A DNA stretch of 64,000 nucleotides from positions 101,978-165,977 of IMG/VR virus record IMGVR_UViG_2786546475_000015; one strand, written 5' to 3'. This DNA comes from a virus. Its lineage: Duplodnaviria; Caudoviricetes. The translations under genes were made by a program, and so were the position numbers. Shown here one piece after another: positions 40,039 through 50,958 of this stretch (position 1 is its first letter; each line of letters begins with the position of its first letter). The notes below the pieces were generated by a model. The model made no database searches and was not told the origin of the DNA. It worked only from the letters and a program-made list of their open reading frames with translations.

Positions 40039-41037
40039 TTAAAACTGGAATATAATATTTATTTCTTCGACTTGATCAAAAGAACGTATGATAGGTCGTC
40101 TATTTTCCATATAAATGATCTCACCACTACTATGTTCTAATTCATCACTTAAATAAATTTCTTTAGTAGCTTTAACATCTGGATCGTCTGGTTGATTTTT
40201 ATTTTCTAGAGGATTAATGATGACATTTAATTGCCTAAACCCTGTATTTCCCGGTTTACTAAATTCTGGAAAATCAATACTATCTAAATATGCTTTAAAT
40301 CTAAGCGTCGAACATTTAGTTCTATATATCAAGTCTGTTCTTTCGTCGTTCCATTGTATAACATTATTTAGACGCCAATCGTCGGGATTATTCTTTTCTT
40401 CGTCAGGAAAAGGAACAACTATATATTCTTGTGTTACTCGGTTGATAACCGCATCTGGTGGAATCGTATATAAATATTCCCACTTATAACCATCACCTGT
40501 ATCGATTGCATCACCTTGACCACGTGGAATATTAGCATTAGTACCAGCGCTTTGTTGTGCGTTCCATGTACCACCTAGTTTCATACACTCATTTTTATCT
40601 GTAATTTCGGTAATAGAACATTCACCTTCATCGGGTACATCTACACAACGATATACAATGATACCTTCACCACGTTCGGTAGTGTTTACATTAGCTATCG
40701 TATTAGTACAAATGATATCACCGATATAAAAACGAAATGGATCGTCTACTCTGATATCACCCCAATCTTTACGAGCGATTACCGCATCTAAATCAGATTG
40801 TTTAATTTTCGCCGCACCAATTAGTCTATTCCAAACATCCAAATACCCTTCTGGCGTTTCAGAAGGGTATGGTGGTGCGAAATTAACATCATTTTCGTTA
40901 TCAGCCCAAGGTTCTTGACGACCAAACGAAATATAAATAGTCGTTTCGTCGTCTGCATCACCTATACTGTTTCGAAAATTAATTAGATTATTTGTTTTAA
41001 ATCTATTGGTTATAAAAGATCTGTAAATATCACTCAT
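40039..41037 (-). CDS. gp8: baseplate wedge subunit
   Basis: FGR.EPWADNE....FAPPYP, GDGYKWEYLYTIPPD, GEIIYMENRRPIIRS.DQ.EEINII. Confidence 0.95.
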   Translation of the reverse strand: MSDIYRSFITNRFKTNNLINFRNSIGDADDETTIYISFGRQEPWADNENDVNFAPPYPSETPEGYLDVWNRLIGAAKIKQSDLDAVIARKDWGDIRVDDPFRFYIGDIICTNTIANVNTTERGEGIIVYRCVDVPDEGECSITEITDKNECMKLGGTWNAQQSAGTNANIPRGQGDAIDTGDGYKWEYLYTIPPDAVINRVTQEYIVVPFPDEEKNNPDDWRLNNVIQWNDERTDLIYRTKCSTLRFKAYLDSIDFPEFSKPGNTGFRQLNVIINPLENKNQPDDPDVKATKEIYLSDELEHSSGEIIYMENRRPIIRSFDQVEEINIIFQF

Positions 41038-44000
41038 TTACTTTTACCTGTGTTGGATTTTCAGGATCATACGGATTACCAATATTATCTTTTAATCTCA
41101 AATCGGCTAATCTGAATAAATCAGCGTATGTAGCCCATGATGAATCCCACATCGGCGTATTAGTTCTACGTCTTTCGTCTGCGTCTAATCCCCACACTAA
41201 TTCAGGATTATCGGTTAGATAATCGGGTGTTAATGGGAATGCTTGACCAGCGTTAGGATGTGGTTGAGTAATAACATTTCCGTATTGATCGAATTGTATA
41301 TTTAGTTCTTCATCTAATACTGGTACTTCGTCGATGTACTCTAACGGTAGACCCATATCAAATCTTAAAGCTTTGTATTTATTTACTATCGTTTCCAAAT
41401 GCTTGATACTAATACCGCTATTAATAAGAACTGTAATCAATGTAATGCCTAAGAACCCGAACCCTACTGGATGAACAAAACGAATAACATCGTCTTTATA
41501 CCAGCTTGTAGGAATTTCAGATTTAATTTTCATTACATATAGAGAACGACCACGTTCTAAATATTCGCGAGAATCACTGGCTAACTGTTTACCTTTAACA
41601 CCACGAACAATAGTACCGTCAAAATCTAAATCTTTAGATTCAATAGTCTGACCTTCATAGAACTTACCGTAAAAGTTATGTATAGTAACTCGCCAACGTA
41701 GTAATCCGTTTTCATATTGTCTATCGATATAAGTTACATTCGCTATACCAGTAGGTGTACTGATTGGAGTACCCACTATATCTTCTGTAATATTTTCAGA
41801 ATCAACGATAATGTCATATTCAAAATTGTTTTTACTTTCAACTTCGATATCAACATCAGCGTCATATAAAAGCTTGAATAAGAATTTATAACTAGCTTCT
41901 GTACCCTTTTTACTGTAAAAATCATTCTTTCTTGTTTCGAAGAATCTAGTAACAGCTTCGCGTTTGTCTTTATCTACGTAAATATTTCTACGTCTAATTT
42001 CAGACCACAACCATAATTGACTATCTTCTTCTTTCGGATAAATGTTCTTTACAATGTTGTACATTTTCTGATAATATCCGTAGTCACCTTCGCTTATGAA
42101 CATTAGATATTGTTCGCAGAATTTTCTATACAACGTATCGTCCGACATGTAAGATTCAGTAGACATTTTATCTAACAATGGAACTAATGTCGGATCTTTA
42201 ACCAATTTATCACTTTCGAATGATGGTGGAGTCGGTCTTGTTTGTCCTGTGATATCAGCGATTAATACCGTGTTATCTGGTTTCCAAACAACTTCTATTT
42301 CATCCCTAACTCTATAAGGGAATTGAATATAACCAACAATACTACCGTCAGTCTTATGAATAAGTACACCACCGCTATACTGACTTAAACCGCTATAAAC
42401 AATATCATCAGCTTTCATCGTCCAAACACCGCTATCAAATGATTCGCTAGTGTTATTAAGTTCAAACGTATATACTTTTTCGCTATAAACCGTTAATGCT
42501 TTATTACTATTCGTTTTCCAACAACGGTCATTGTCACGCGCTAACCAAGTAAATTTAGTTTCGTTATAATATTCATACGCGCCATGATTCCAATCAACAC
42601 CATTTTCTGTACGTAAACAAATCAATCTACGTGACTTATCAGTAACATAGTAATTGGTTAGATCGTATTTTACAGCAGAATCAACCTGTTCGTTTTCTAA
42701 CGGCAAGTCCGAATCAACAATAGTATCCATTTTCCAATTGTACAGGTCTATAAACAATTCATTCGGATCACGCGACATATCACACCAGATATGGTTAATA
42801 TACGCTCTATCGTCCTCTGTGTTGCCGTATACACGTGTTACAGTACCAGTCGCTTCATCATATTCATAAACACCCTTATGAACACTATCCTCGATGTTAT
42901 CTTTAATGGTCGGATCAAGTCTTACACCTTCATCGGTTTTTACTTTACCAGTAACGAATAGATATAATTTATCATTAAACCATTCCATCTTTTTAACAAC
43001 AGACAGACTATCACCCGTAATTTGAGTAATATCAGATTCGAATAAAGGTTCACCGAATGTTGGTGAATTAGTATCAGAATCAATAGTAGGTGTTGTTAAA
43101 TTCAATTTATATATGTTATCCCTAGCGGCAACATATAGATAATCATCACTAGCGGCGAACGCTTCTGCTATTGTCTTAATATCGTTAGGCAATTTGGCTA
43201 ATTCGCCGAATATTTCTACTGGAAATCCAATTTCATTAGTACTTTGAACGTCTGCGAACGTTACAGTTTGATTAGACCAATTAATATCAACGTTAGAGAA
43301 TTTAATTTCCTCTGACGACACACCTTCAAATATACGGTCATACCCAAGAACAAACGTTTTAAGTGAGTTTTGATAAGCGACATTTTGACTTACAGGATTA
43401 CCAACGCGATCATTAAATGCGTTATAAGTAACCCAATTTTGACCGTTATCATTAGATACTTTAACTGAACGTTGATATCTTTCCATAGCGTATAGAACAT
43501 TGTCTAATTCAACAAACTCTACTCGGTCTATATCACTACATACCACTGGTAATTCTGGTCTAATTTTTTGAATTTCATTTTCTGTGATTATTTCATCAGA
43601 AAAAGTAGATACATTTTCAATATCATTATCGTACTGAAAATCATCAATCATTAATGAATATAATAATTGATCATCGTTGAAATCAACATATGTATTATCA
43701 TTGTTTAATAAACGATTAGTGATATACGGATTCGATAATCTAAATTCATTAATCGTTGATACGTCATACGCATTATTCAAAAAGGTCTGAAATATTTCTG
43801 TTTCAGACCATTCAGAATCACCAAAAGCTTCAAATACAGATTTAATTCTGAATTGATAATAGGTATTTCTCGATAAGTTATCTATCCAAATCGACGTATC
43901 AGAAAAATAGCCGTATTGTTGCCATTGGCTAATTGGGTTATCTGGATTTGAGATAACCCTATATTCGATAATGTAATAAAAATTATCACCTACATTATCC

Positions 44001-44068
44001 CACACTAATTGTGCATAATTAGCGGCTAATTTGTTAATCTTAAAATTTGTTACTTTTGGTGATTTCAT
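41030..44068 (-). CDS. gp7: baseplate wedge initiator
   Basis: ~1012 aa; P.VT..KI.KL.ANY N-terminus; DFY..KGTEASYKFLFKLLY; DV.RFVHPVGFGF. Confidence 0.95.
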   Translation of the reverse strand: MKSPKVTNFKINKLAANYAQLVWDNVGDNFYYIIEYRVISNPDNPISQWQQYGYFSDTSIWIDNLSRNTYYQFRIKSVFEAFGDSEWSETEIFQTFLNNAYDVSTINEFRLSNPYITNRLLNNDNTYVDFNDDQLLYSLMIDDFQYDNDIENVSTFSDEIITENEIQKIRPELPVVCSDIDRVEFVELDNVLYAMERYQRSVKVSNDNGQNWVTYNAFNDRVGNPVSQNVAYQNSLKTFVLGYDRIFEGVSSEEIKFSNVDINWSNQTVTFADVQSTNEIGFPVEIFGELAKLPNDIKTIAEAFAASDDYLYVAARDNIYKLNLTTPTIDSDTNSPTFGEPLFESDITQITGDSLSVVKKMEWFNDKLYLFVTGKVKTDEGVRLDPTIKDNIEDSVHKGVYEYDEATGTVTRVYGNTEDDRAYINHIWCDMSRDPNELFIDLYNWKMDTIVDSDLPLENEQVDSAVKYDLTNYYVTDKSRRLICLRTENGVDWNHGAYEYYNETKFTWLARDNDRCWKTNSNKALTVYSEKVYTFELNNTSESFDSGVWTMKADDIVYSGLSQYSGGVLIHKTDGSIVGYIQFPYRVRDEIEVVWKPDNTVLIADITGQTRPTPPSFESDKLVKDPTLVPLLDKMSTESYMSDDTLYRKFCEQYLMFISEGDYGYYQKMYNIVKNIYPKEEDSQLWLWSEIRRRNIYVDKDKREAVTRFFETRKNDFYSKKGTEASYKFLFKLLYDADVDIEVESKNNFEYDIIVDSENITEDIVGTPISTPTGIANVTYIDRQYENGLLRWRVTIHNFYGKFYEGQTIESKDLDFDGTIVRGVKGKQLASDSREYLERGRSLYVMKIKSEIPTSWYKDDVIRFVHPVGFGFLGITLITVLINSGISIKHLETIVNKYKALRFDMGLPLEYIDEVPVLDEELNIQFDQYGNVITQPHPNAGQAFPLTPDYLTDNPELVWGLDADERRRTNTPMWDSSWATYADLFRLADLRLKDNIGNPYDPENPTQVKVNE

Positions 44069-45966
44069 TATACAATAGCTTCCATTGTCAAATTAAAAAA
44101 TTCTGGTCTAAGTTGAGATTCGAAAACAATAAGCGTATCTTTCTCGCTATAAATATTACTTTTCGATGGAATCGCATAGAATTTAATCTTAGTACCAGTA
44201 AATGAATTTTCTGGTTCGGCTAATATACCTAAATCAAAATCGATTTTATCGTTAAGATAATCAATAGTACCAACTTCGTAGTACTTATTTCTATCGACGG
44301 TTTCGTTTGGATTTCTAGTAAAGTCATTACCTGTATATTCATTCACCGATGTAATATCACCATCTTTGAATGGTCCGATAAGAACCTTACTTTTATTATC
44401 TGTTACCGTTGATGTAGATGTATATCCTACTTTATATTTTTCCGAACCGTTGTCGTAATCAAAATCTTCGCTATAAAAAGAACCGTATTCGATATCATTA
44501 AGATATTTCATTCCCGACATTGGCGTTCTAAAGAAATTATCCACTTCTCTAACTAGTCTAATGTCCATCGTAGAACCTAGAATAGCTTGATCCGTACCAT
44601 CAATTGCAGTAGTCGCCTTAGATACGTGGAATGAACCACCAAAGTTTTCTACCGAATTGTTGTAATAACTTTCTAACGAATTAAGAATCTGTTCTCTTAA
44701 TACTTCTTCTGATTCAGACAATTTACCTAATTGATAAGATACTTTAATGGTATGGTCTATATACAAGTAATTAGGATCTACTACTTTGGCGGTTACCACA
44801 CCCATATTTTTATCATTTAGATAGTTTTCTATATCTTCTTTTTGTACTGTGGTTAGATTTAAACCAGTGTTTGGTTTAGCCACAATAAACGCGTAACCTG
44901 TCTTACTTTTATCAGTAAAAACTTTAACGCTTTGGATAATATTACCAAATTGTTTACGTATGAATACTTCGTAATCTGGATTTGTAACAGCCCTAGCTTG
45001 AGCTTGACCCATTAATTGACCACCCATACGAATAAGTTCTTTATTTTCTGGTTCACCACCACCCGATGTACCAGTATAATTATCATCATTGAACGGATTT
45101 TCTTCTATCGATTCTACTACCACGTTAGAAATAGAATCCACAAAGGTAATATCACGACTACCGTTTGAATTAATACCATCAGATTTGATAAATTCAATAG
45201 TTATATTAGAACCTACTGGCGGTTTCAACCCACCTACATATCTAGCTTTGATAGTACCATTATCAAGATCGGTTTCTGCTTCACCTTCCCCGAAATAAAT
45301 TTCAGTAAATCCGTCAACAGTTTCACGAACGTAATAAACGTTACTTGTACCCGTAGTATCTGTCATATTACGATCTGTGTAATTTTCCCAACGCGAACCA
45401 TCAACATATAAACGCATATAACGGCGGTCGATATCTTGATCGTATACAACAATTCTCGAATTATTTTGATAAGAAAATTGTTGACGCATTAATTTACCTT
45501 GTATTACCTTAACGTTTTCGATATATCTATCGTTAGAATTTTTAATAATCGAATAGTCATTCCACGTAACGAAATCAAAATTTTGAGTACCCAATACTGT
45601 ACCAACAAATTTAGTACCTTTAGGAATAGTAATACTATTTGGATTTGTCGCATGTCTAGCCGTTAATCTAACGGTTGTATCACTAGAACGTCTACCAGAC
45701 GGTAAATATCCATTGGATTGAGAATGCTGTACAATAGTAGAACGTTTTCTAGCGGTGTAAGGTAATGATTCGTATATTGCGGCGTTACCAAATTGTTGTT
45801 GGTATAATACGCTGTATGCGGCAAGATCAATCAAAGATTGTAGTTTAGAGCCACTAAAATCAAAATCGATAAATTCGTCTTGTTGGCTGTAAAATTCTAT
45901 TAATTTTTGTTTTATTTCACTAAAACTAGCTGATTCGTACACTTCATCTGGTACTGATTTAATCAT
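44068..45966 (-). CDS. gp6: baseplate wedge subunit
   Basis: F.EIK..LI......EF.DFDF.GS....L.DL.AY; GGGEPE; Q.RAVT..DY. Confidence 0.95.
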   Translation of the reverse strand: MIKSVPDEVYESASFSEIKQKLIEFYSQQDEFIDFDFSGSKLQSLIDLAAYSVLYQQQFGNAAIYESLPYTARKRSTIVQHSQSNGYLPSGRRSSDTTVRLTARHATNPNSITIPKGTKFVGTVLGTQNFDFVTWNDYSIIKNSNDRYIENVKVIQGKLMRQQFSYQNNSRIVVYDQDIDRRYMRLYVDGSRWENYTDRNMTDTTGTSNVYYVRETVDGFTEIYFGEGEAETDLDNGTIKARYVGGLKPPVGSNITIEFIKSDGINSNGSRDITFVDSISNVVVESIEENPFNDDNYTGTSGGGEPENKELIRMGGQLMGQAQARAVTNPDYEVFIRKQFGNIIQSVKVFTDKSKTGYAFIVAKPNTGLNLTTVQKEDIENYLNDKNMGVVTAKVVDPNYLYIDHTIKVSYQLGKLSESEEVLREQILNSLESYYNNSVENFGGSFHVSKATTAIDGTDQAILGSTMDIRLVREVDNFFRTPMSGMKYLNDIEYGSFYSEDFDYDNGSEKYKVGYTSTSTVTDNKSKVLIGPFKDGDITSVNEYTGNDFTRNPNETVDRNKYYEVGTIDYLNDKIDFDLGILAEPENSFTGTKIKFYAIPSKSNIYSEKDTLIVFESQLRPEFFNLTMEAIV

Positions 45967-46372
45967 AGCTTTCACCACGTAATGTTAATTTTAATCTATT
46001 AATAGTATTTCTATCAGTTAATAGTCTATATCTGATATTAACTATATATTCGTTTTCGTCTGGTATTGCTAATACTTCAACACCATTTTGTTTTTCTAAT
46101 ATCGCTCTAGGTTCATAGTTTTCTATTGCTTCTCTTATCGATCTTTGAATTTGATAAGAGGATATATCACTCATATTCTCGAACATAGATTGATCAATAT
46201 CACACCCAAATTCTGGATCAAAAGGTCTTGAACCTTTCGTTGTTCTTATGATATTATACAATGATTGGTTAACCGCTCTTTCATTAGTTACAGTTGACAA
46301 ATCATTAGTTATGCTGTTCCTAACAAATGTATTAGGAATATCAACATAATATGTTTTGTTACTTCGTTTCAT
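45959..46372 (-). CDS. gp25: baseplate wedge subunit (sheath initiator)
   Basis: RAVNQSL.NII.T.KGSRPFDPEFGCDI...FENM, IENYEPR. Confidence 0.93.
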   Translation of the reverse strand: MKRSNKTYYVDIPNTFVRNSITNDLSTVTNERAVNQSLYNIIRTTKGSRPFDPEFGCDIDQSMFENMSDISSYQIQRSIREAIENYEPRAILEKQNGVEVLAIPDENEYIVNIRYRLLTDRNTINRLKLTLRGESYD

Positions 46373-46666
46373 TTATCCCCCAAATATTTCAGTTGAACCC
46401 TGTGCTATGGTATCACCACAACTTATAGGATCGCCAATACGTGCTACTGGTTTACCTTCAACAAATATTTTTGATGTTGTAGCCTGTACGACACCCATAT
46501 GAGTATCGTACGGCTCGACTTGTCTTGTGTGTGGTTCTATTGGATCACCATCTAAGCATATCTTAGAACCGTTCATGAAAACTTTAGTCGATGAAGCAAT
46601 AACCTTAGTTGGTGGAAATTGCTCATGACCAGTAGTTTTCGCTCCATCTTTAGCTATTGCCGACAT
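46373..46666 (-). CDS. gp5.4: PAAR-like spike tip protein
   Basis: TTGH..FPPT.V.....KVF.NG...GDPI.PH...H.G.V...VF.EGKPVARIGDPISCGD. Confidence 0.9.
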   Translation of the reverse strand: MSAIAKDGAKTTGHEQFPPTKVIASSTKVFMNGSKICLDGDPIEPHTRQVEPYDTHMGVVQATTSKIFVEGKPVARIGDPISCGDTIAQGSTEIFGG

Positions 46667-47114
46667 AATTTCTTAATTGATTTCCCCATATAGAATAATC
46701 ACCATACACTGTATGAATATATTCTTTAGTTTCTTGCCTATTATTAGTTCCCGATATATTGAAAACGACTGTATACATAATAGTTTTCGTTATTTCTTCG
46801 GGCGCATCCCATGATGTTAATTCAGCTTCATTCCTATCTGGTAATTCATCCCAATCATCAACGGTTTGTATTTCGCCTGTAATACTATCCCTATAAGTTA
46901 ATGAATTAGGCTCTGGATTGAATTGTTGACCATAATTACCCGAAATAGACGCATTATTAGGTGATTCTGAAATAATAACCGAGTCCGTTGGTTCACTTGA
47001 TGTTATTTCAACCGAATCAATTGTTTCGCCTACATCTAAATCAACATTAAAACTAATTAAAAAATCTTCTGATTGGGCGATTTCGCCCAAATCATTATCG
47101 TTTGGTGTTATCAT
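46650..47114 (-). CDS. gp5.1-like protein
   Basis: Between 5 and 5.4; I.P...DLGEI...W.ELP......L..W.AP...K.Y..TVYG.YS.W...LRNYV. Confidence 0.75.
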   Translation of the reverse strand: MITPNDNDLGEIAQSEDFLISFNVDLDVGETIDSVEITSSEPTDSVIISESPNNASISGNYGQQFNPEPNSLTYRDSITGEIQTVDDWDELPDRNEAELTSWDAPEEITKTIMYTVVFNISGTNNRQETKEYIHTVYGDYSIWGNQLRNYVGNS

Positions 47115-47116
47115 AA

Positions 47117-48199
47117 TTATCCTAAATTTACAGTAGAACCGTCTAATGTAGCAGAACTAGACAACAATAAAGTAGCCCCATTACCAGTATCTTGAATACT
47201 ATTAGCGTTTCTTGATATATTTTGTGCTGTAATACTATAAGTACCACCAACATCTACTGTATAATTACCACTTACTGTTTGATTTACATTCGAATTAATA
47301 GTTTGAGTAACATCACCTTGTATGGTTTGATTAGCATTACCATTAACGGTTTGGGTAACATCACCTTCGATTGTAACATTCATACTACCTTCAACAGTTT
47401 TTATTTCATTACTATTATATTTAATAGTTACGTCACCACCTACATTTAACGTTGAATTACCGTTTATCGTTACATCACAATCACCATCTACTAAAATCTT
47501 CCCATTGTTGTCGATAATATCGTAATTATCGCCTTTGATACGCTTCACAACGTCACCATTTGGGTGTACCTCTATGAACGTACCGCTACGATGGAATATA
47601 TGAACACGCTCGCTTTCAGGCGTATCGTCTAATTCAATTACATGACCGCTTTCCGTTTCTCTAACACTGTTATAAGGATATTCAGCATTATATGGAGTTT
47701 CAGGTTCATCCCATGTTTCACCAGTCGCGGTAGTAATATTAGTTTTGATACTATCCTTTTTACTTTTTACGATGGTATTGTCGATATCTTCGTTTCGGGC
47801 TAGTTTGTTAACATCCGATTCGTTTAGATAATTTTCTTTAGGGTAGATTCCGTCTGGATCGCTAAATCCTTGGGATGTAGGCGGTTTTGTGTCAGGATTA
47901 ATACCACCAATTGCTGACAAAATAACAGGTAATTGCATGTTATCACCATCACGGAAATAACCATTTACTTGAGTACCTTTCGGTACGTTTAAGTTTTGTC
48001 CAACACCACTGTTTAAACCAGTCGTCAACGGCATAGATACTTGCGCCCAAAATAATTCTTCGGTCGGTATACCTTCGGTTTCCGATTTAACCTTTTGTGG
48101 TGTATGAATACCTAAAATTCTAACCTGTAATCTATTCGCTTTTAAGGGATCGTTGTTATTTTCAACAACACCTTCCCATATCGTTGTTCCAATAAACAT
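47117..48199 (-). CDS. gp5: baseplate central spike (no lysozyme domain)
   Basis: OB-fold GVVENNNDPLKANRL.VR..G.H; YPYN.V.ETESGH..E.DDTP..ER...H.SGT; VxG beta-helix repeats; only 360 aa. Confidence 0.9.
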   Translation of the reverse strand: MFIGTTIWEGVVENNNDPLKANRLQVRILGIHTPQKVKSETEGIPTEELFWAQVSMPLTTGLNSGVGQNLNVPKGTQVNGYFRDGDNMQLPVILSAIGGINPDTKPPTSQGFSDPDGIYPKENYLNESDVNKLARNEDIDNTIVKSKKDSIKTNITTATGETWDEPETPYNAEYPYNSVRETESGHVIELDDTPESERVHIFHRSGTFIEVHPNGDVVKRIKGDNYDIIDNNGKILVDGDCDVTINGNSTLNVGGDVTIKYNSNEIKTVEGSMNVTIEGDVTQTVNGNANQTIQGDVTQTINSNVNQTVSGNYTVDVGGTYSITAQNISRNANSIQDTGNGATLLLSSSATLDGSTVNLG

Positions 48200-49407
48200 T
48201 ATAATTTCACCGAATCGCTGGCTATCTTAATATCTTGTGTATATCTTTTTCTAGTTAAAGTATGTGTTATAGCGAATACAACAGCTTTACCACTTTCGTT
48301 GATACTTACACTTTTGTTAGCGTCTGGAACAGTAATATCGATAACACTACCAGATTTTATTTCGACATTACCCGCAATCGTAAGATTAGCCATACGTGCT
48401 GTTAAAAGTGTTCTGTTAATCGTTCTATAAGGGGCTAAATGACCAGCCTGTGACTTTCTAATGGTTTCGTAATACCCATTGTTAGGGTAGAACTGAACAT
48501 GGCTATAATGCTGTTCTTTAGGCTCTGGATATAAACTTGTATTTAAATATCCTGTTTCTGATTTAATTTCATTCATATCAAATAATTCGTGGTAATAAGT
48601 TTTATTAAGCATATCACTCGATACAACTTTCATACCATAACCACCAAATCGATATTGATCTGGAATATCATACCCCTTAGATCGTTCGTATCCTATAATA
48701 ACATTATAATCTGTCACATCAGTTGTTGGTTTTTTAACCAATTTAGCTACTGGTTCGCTATTTATCATTGACGCGCTAGTTATATAATTAATACCGTCTT
48801 TATTCTCAAAGAAGTAATAATCTGAACTACTGTTTTCTTTTGATTGAGAAAATTTGTTAAACATGTTTATAGATTGCAAAGGTGAAATATTTGGAACTAT
48901 AAAATCTTTAGAATGTATAGTTTCTTCTATATTCCTATCATCTTGATATTCCAACAAATCTAAACAATAATTAACAAATCTGCTATTACTTGTATTAGTG
49001 AATGAACGACAAATTTTATATTTATCATCATTATATTCAGAAGTAGAAATAAGTTCTAATCTTACAACCCATCTTTTCGGGTTTTGTTGATCTGGATATC
49101 TACTGTAATTAGAAATTTTAAATTCTTTACGTATACCATCTGAAATTATTTCATAATTTTGATCTCTACTAGTGAAATCAACCTGTAATATGTCATCACC
49201 ATACAATTCTAGTGAATCTATGACATTTTGGGTATCGGTAAATAATAGATACCCATTCATAAACCCGTTAATGATACTTTCATTCAAAACAAGAACTTGA
49301 AAAACTTCGGTCATATCATAACCATCGCCATTAGAATCGAATAATCTAACGTGATTAATTATATGGTTTTCTACATGTTTATACGAAGTATTTTTAATTT
49401 TTGCCAT
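48199..49407 (-). CDS. baseplate hub protein (gp27-like)
   Basis: Directly upstream of gp5; L.ESI...G.L...D, YYFFENKDGINY, GNVEIKSG.VIDI...SGK..V.AITH. Confidence 0.7.
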   Translation of the reverse strand: MAKIKNTSYKHVENHIINHVRLFDSNGDGYDMTEVFQVLVLNESIINGFMNGYLLFTDTQNVIDSLELYGDDILQVDFTSRDQNYEIISDGIRKEFKISNYSRYPDQQNPKRWVVRLELISTSEYNDDKYKICRSFTNTSNSRFVNYCLDLLEYQDDRNIEETIHSKDFIVPNISPLQSINMFNKFSQSKENSSSDYYFFENKDGINYITSASMINSEPVAKLVKKPTTDVTDYNVIIGYERSKGYDIPDQYRFGGYGMKVVSSDMLNKTYYHELFDMNEIKSETGYLNTSLYPEPKEQHYSHVQFYPNNGYYETIRKSQAGHLAPYRTINRTLLTARMANLTIAGNVEIKSGSVIDITVPDANKSVSINESGKAVVFAITHTLTRKRYTQDIKIASDSVKL

Positions 49408-49960
49408 TTTTCTTCACACGCTCTATTTGATCATTTACTAATTCTAAGAATCTATCGATATCATTTGGTTTAATAATTTCAATAGTTTTCTTTTCATCAT
49501 TTTTATCAATTTCATCTTCAATTCTAGTGACTGGTACTAAAGTTCCTGTATATTGAACAAAATTTCTATTAGTATCACCTTCATGATACCAATTACCAGA
49601 ACCTTTAGGATATTCAACCAATCCATAATATTTTCTACCTTCGTCATCTACGTGATAGAAAATATCGTTATAACCGTCTGTATTCTCATATCTATACTTA
49701 GTTAGTTGATGAACAGCTTCTTCTTCAACTACCCAATCATTAAACGGATCAATAACTGTATTAGTCAAGAATAAAACCCAATATAGGTTTGGATCACCAT
49801 AAAGCTTATACGATATATATTCTGGTCTTTCTGTATAAATATCATATTCTTCTAATTCAAAATTATCGATGACCATATCGTAATAAAAACCGATATCATG
49901 GAAAATATCAGCAATTTTTACACCGTTATACTCTACATCATTAAATACTGAAAAAATCAT
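49394..49960 (-). CDS. gp53: baseplate wedge subunit
   Basis: MIFSVF..VEY...DIF...RPE.ISYKLYGDPNLYWVL...N.VIDPF.DW. Confidence 0.92.
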   Translation of the reverse strand: MIFSVFNDVEYNGVKIADIFHDIGFYYDMVIDNFELEEYDIYTERPEYISYKLYGDPNLYWVLFLTNTVIDPFNDWVVEEEAVHQLTKYRYENTDGYNDIFYHVDDEGRKYYGLVEYPKGSGNWYHEGDTNRNFVQYTGTLVPVTRIEDEIDKNDEKKTIEIIKPNDIDRFLELVNDQIERVKKNGKN

Positions 49961-50907
49961 ATAATACCTTCATCCGATTGTTCCCAATATTGTTGATATA
50001 CTGGAATAAGTTCTTGGAATGATAATTGCAATTCTATTGCTACTGGATCACCACCAGTTTTATCAAAATGCTTATACAGTTCTTCTGGTGTTTTATTAAC
50101 TGAAACGTTAGTTACAACCGCTGGACCAAAGTTAAACTTAGGTATATATCGCGGTAAATTTTCATCCCTAATACGTTCTTCGATATACCATAAAGGCGGT
50201 ACTTCTATCGTGTTATAAGATACATCATCTTTAATATTTTCTGATATTAATTTAGCAGAACTGTATTTTCTGAATTGGTGAATAATTTTACCAACTACTT
50301 TTAATTCTTGTAAATCTCTAGGAACTAACCTAAACGTAAATTCTTGTGTTCTAAGGTTTGTATCTTGATATACACCCACCGAACGTTCGCCATAAATTCT
50401 ACCAGTCGTTTGTGCTACGGTAGAACGGCTCGCGTTAGCACCAGCGGCTTTAATAGCTTCAAATGCTGACGTACCTATATCACCCGCCACATCACCGATT
50501 TCATTAAGACTAACATCTGATACGGATTCATTATTCTTAATTACTTTACCAATTCTATTAACGATATCACCTAAGAACGATGATTCAGATTGTTCATAAT
50601 TATGTCCTAATTGTTCGTTCAGTGCGGGCATATATAATTGAATATACGCTAAAGTTTTTTCTTTAAGTTTTGTTCTATCTTTATTTTTAGATGCTTTTAG
50701 ATAAGCACTTCTACGCGCTCTTAAAGCATTAGAACGCATATCTTGATTTTCTGTAATAGGCTTTACAGCGTTAAACACTAAATAGTTTGTATGTCTATCA
50801 TCTGTACTACTACCCACCGTAGAAGGAAATGACAAAGTTTTACTAGTGTTAGTTTTTCTACTGTTATCAACCTTTTCTGTACTTTCCGATTCTAATGTAA
50901 TGTCCAT
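49957..50907 (-). CDS. gp48: baseplate tail-tube cap
   Basis: L.FP, IQLYMP, LRTQEFTFRLVPR..QE....KII.QF, FGPAVVTNVSVNKTP, IELQLSFQE. Confidence 0.8.
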   Translation of the reverse strand: MDITLESESTEKVDNSRKTNTSKTLSFPSTVGSSTDDRHTNYLVFNAVKPITENQDMRSNALRARRSAYLKASKNKDRTKLKEKTLAYIQLYMPALNEQLGHNYEQSESSFLGDIVNRIGKVIKNNESVSDVSLNEIGDVAGDIGTSAFEAIKAAGANASRSTVAQTTGRIYGERSVGVYQDTNLRTQEFTFRLVPRDLQELKVVGKIIHQFRKYSSAKLISENIKDDVSYNTIEVPPLWYIEERIRDENLPRYIPKFNFGPAVVTNVSVNKTPEELYKHFDKTGGDPVAIELQLSFQELIPVYQQYWEQSDEGII

Positions 50908-50924
50908 AAATTATACCTCTTATT

Positions 50925-50940
50925 TTATTTAGCTAAATAA
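50925..50940. promoter_or_regulatory. palindromic divergent late-type promoter
   Basis: TTATTTAGCTAAATAA perfect palindrome giving (AG)CTAAATA on both strands between divergent late operons. Confidence 0.55.
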
Positions 50941-50958
50941 TATACAGGGGTATTTATA

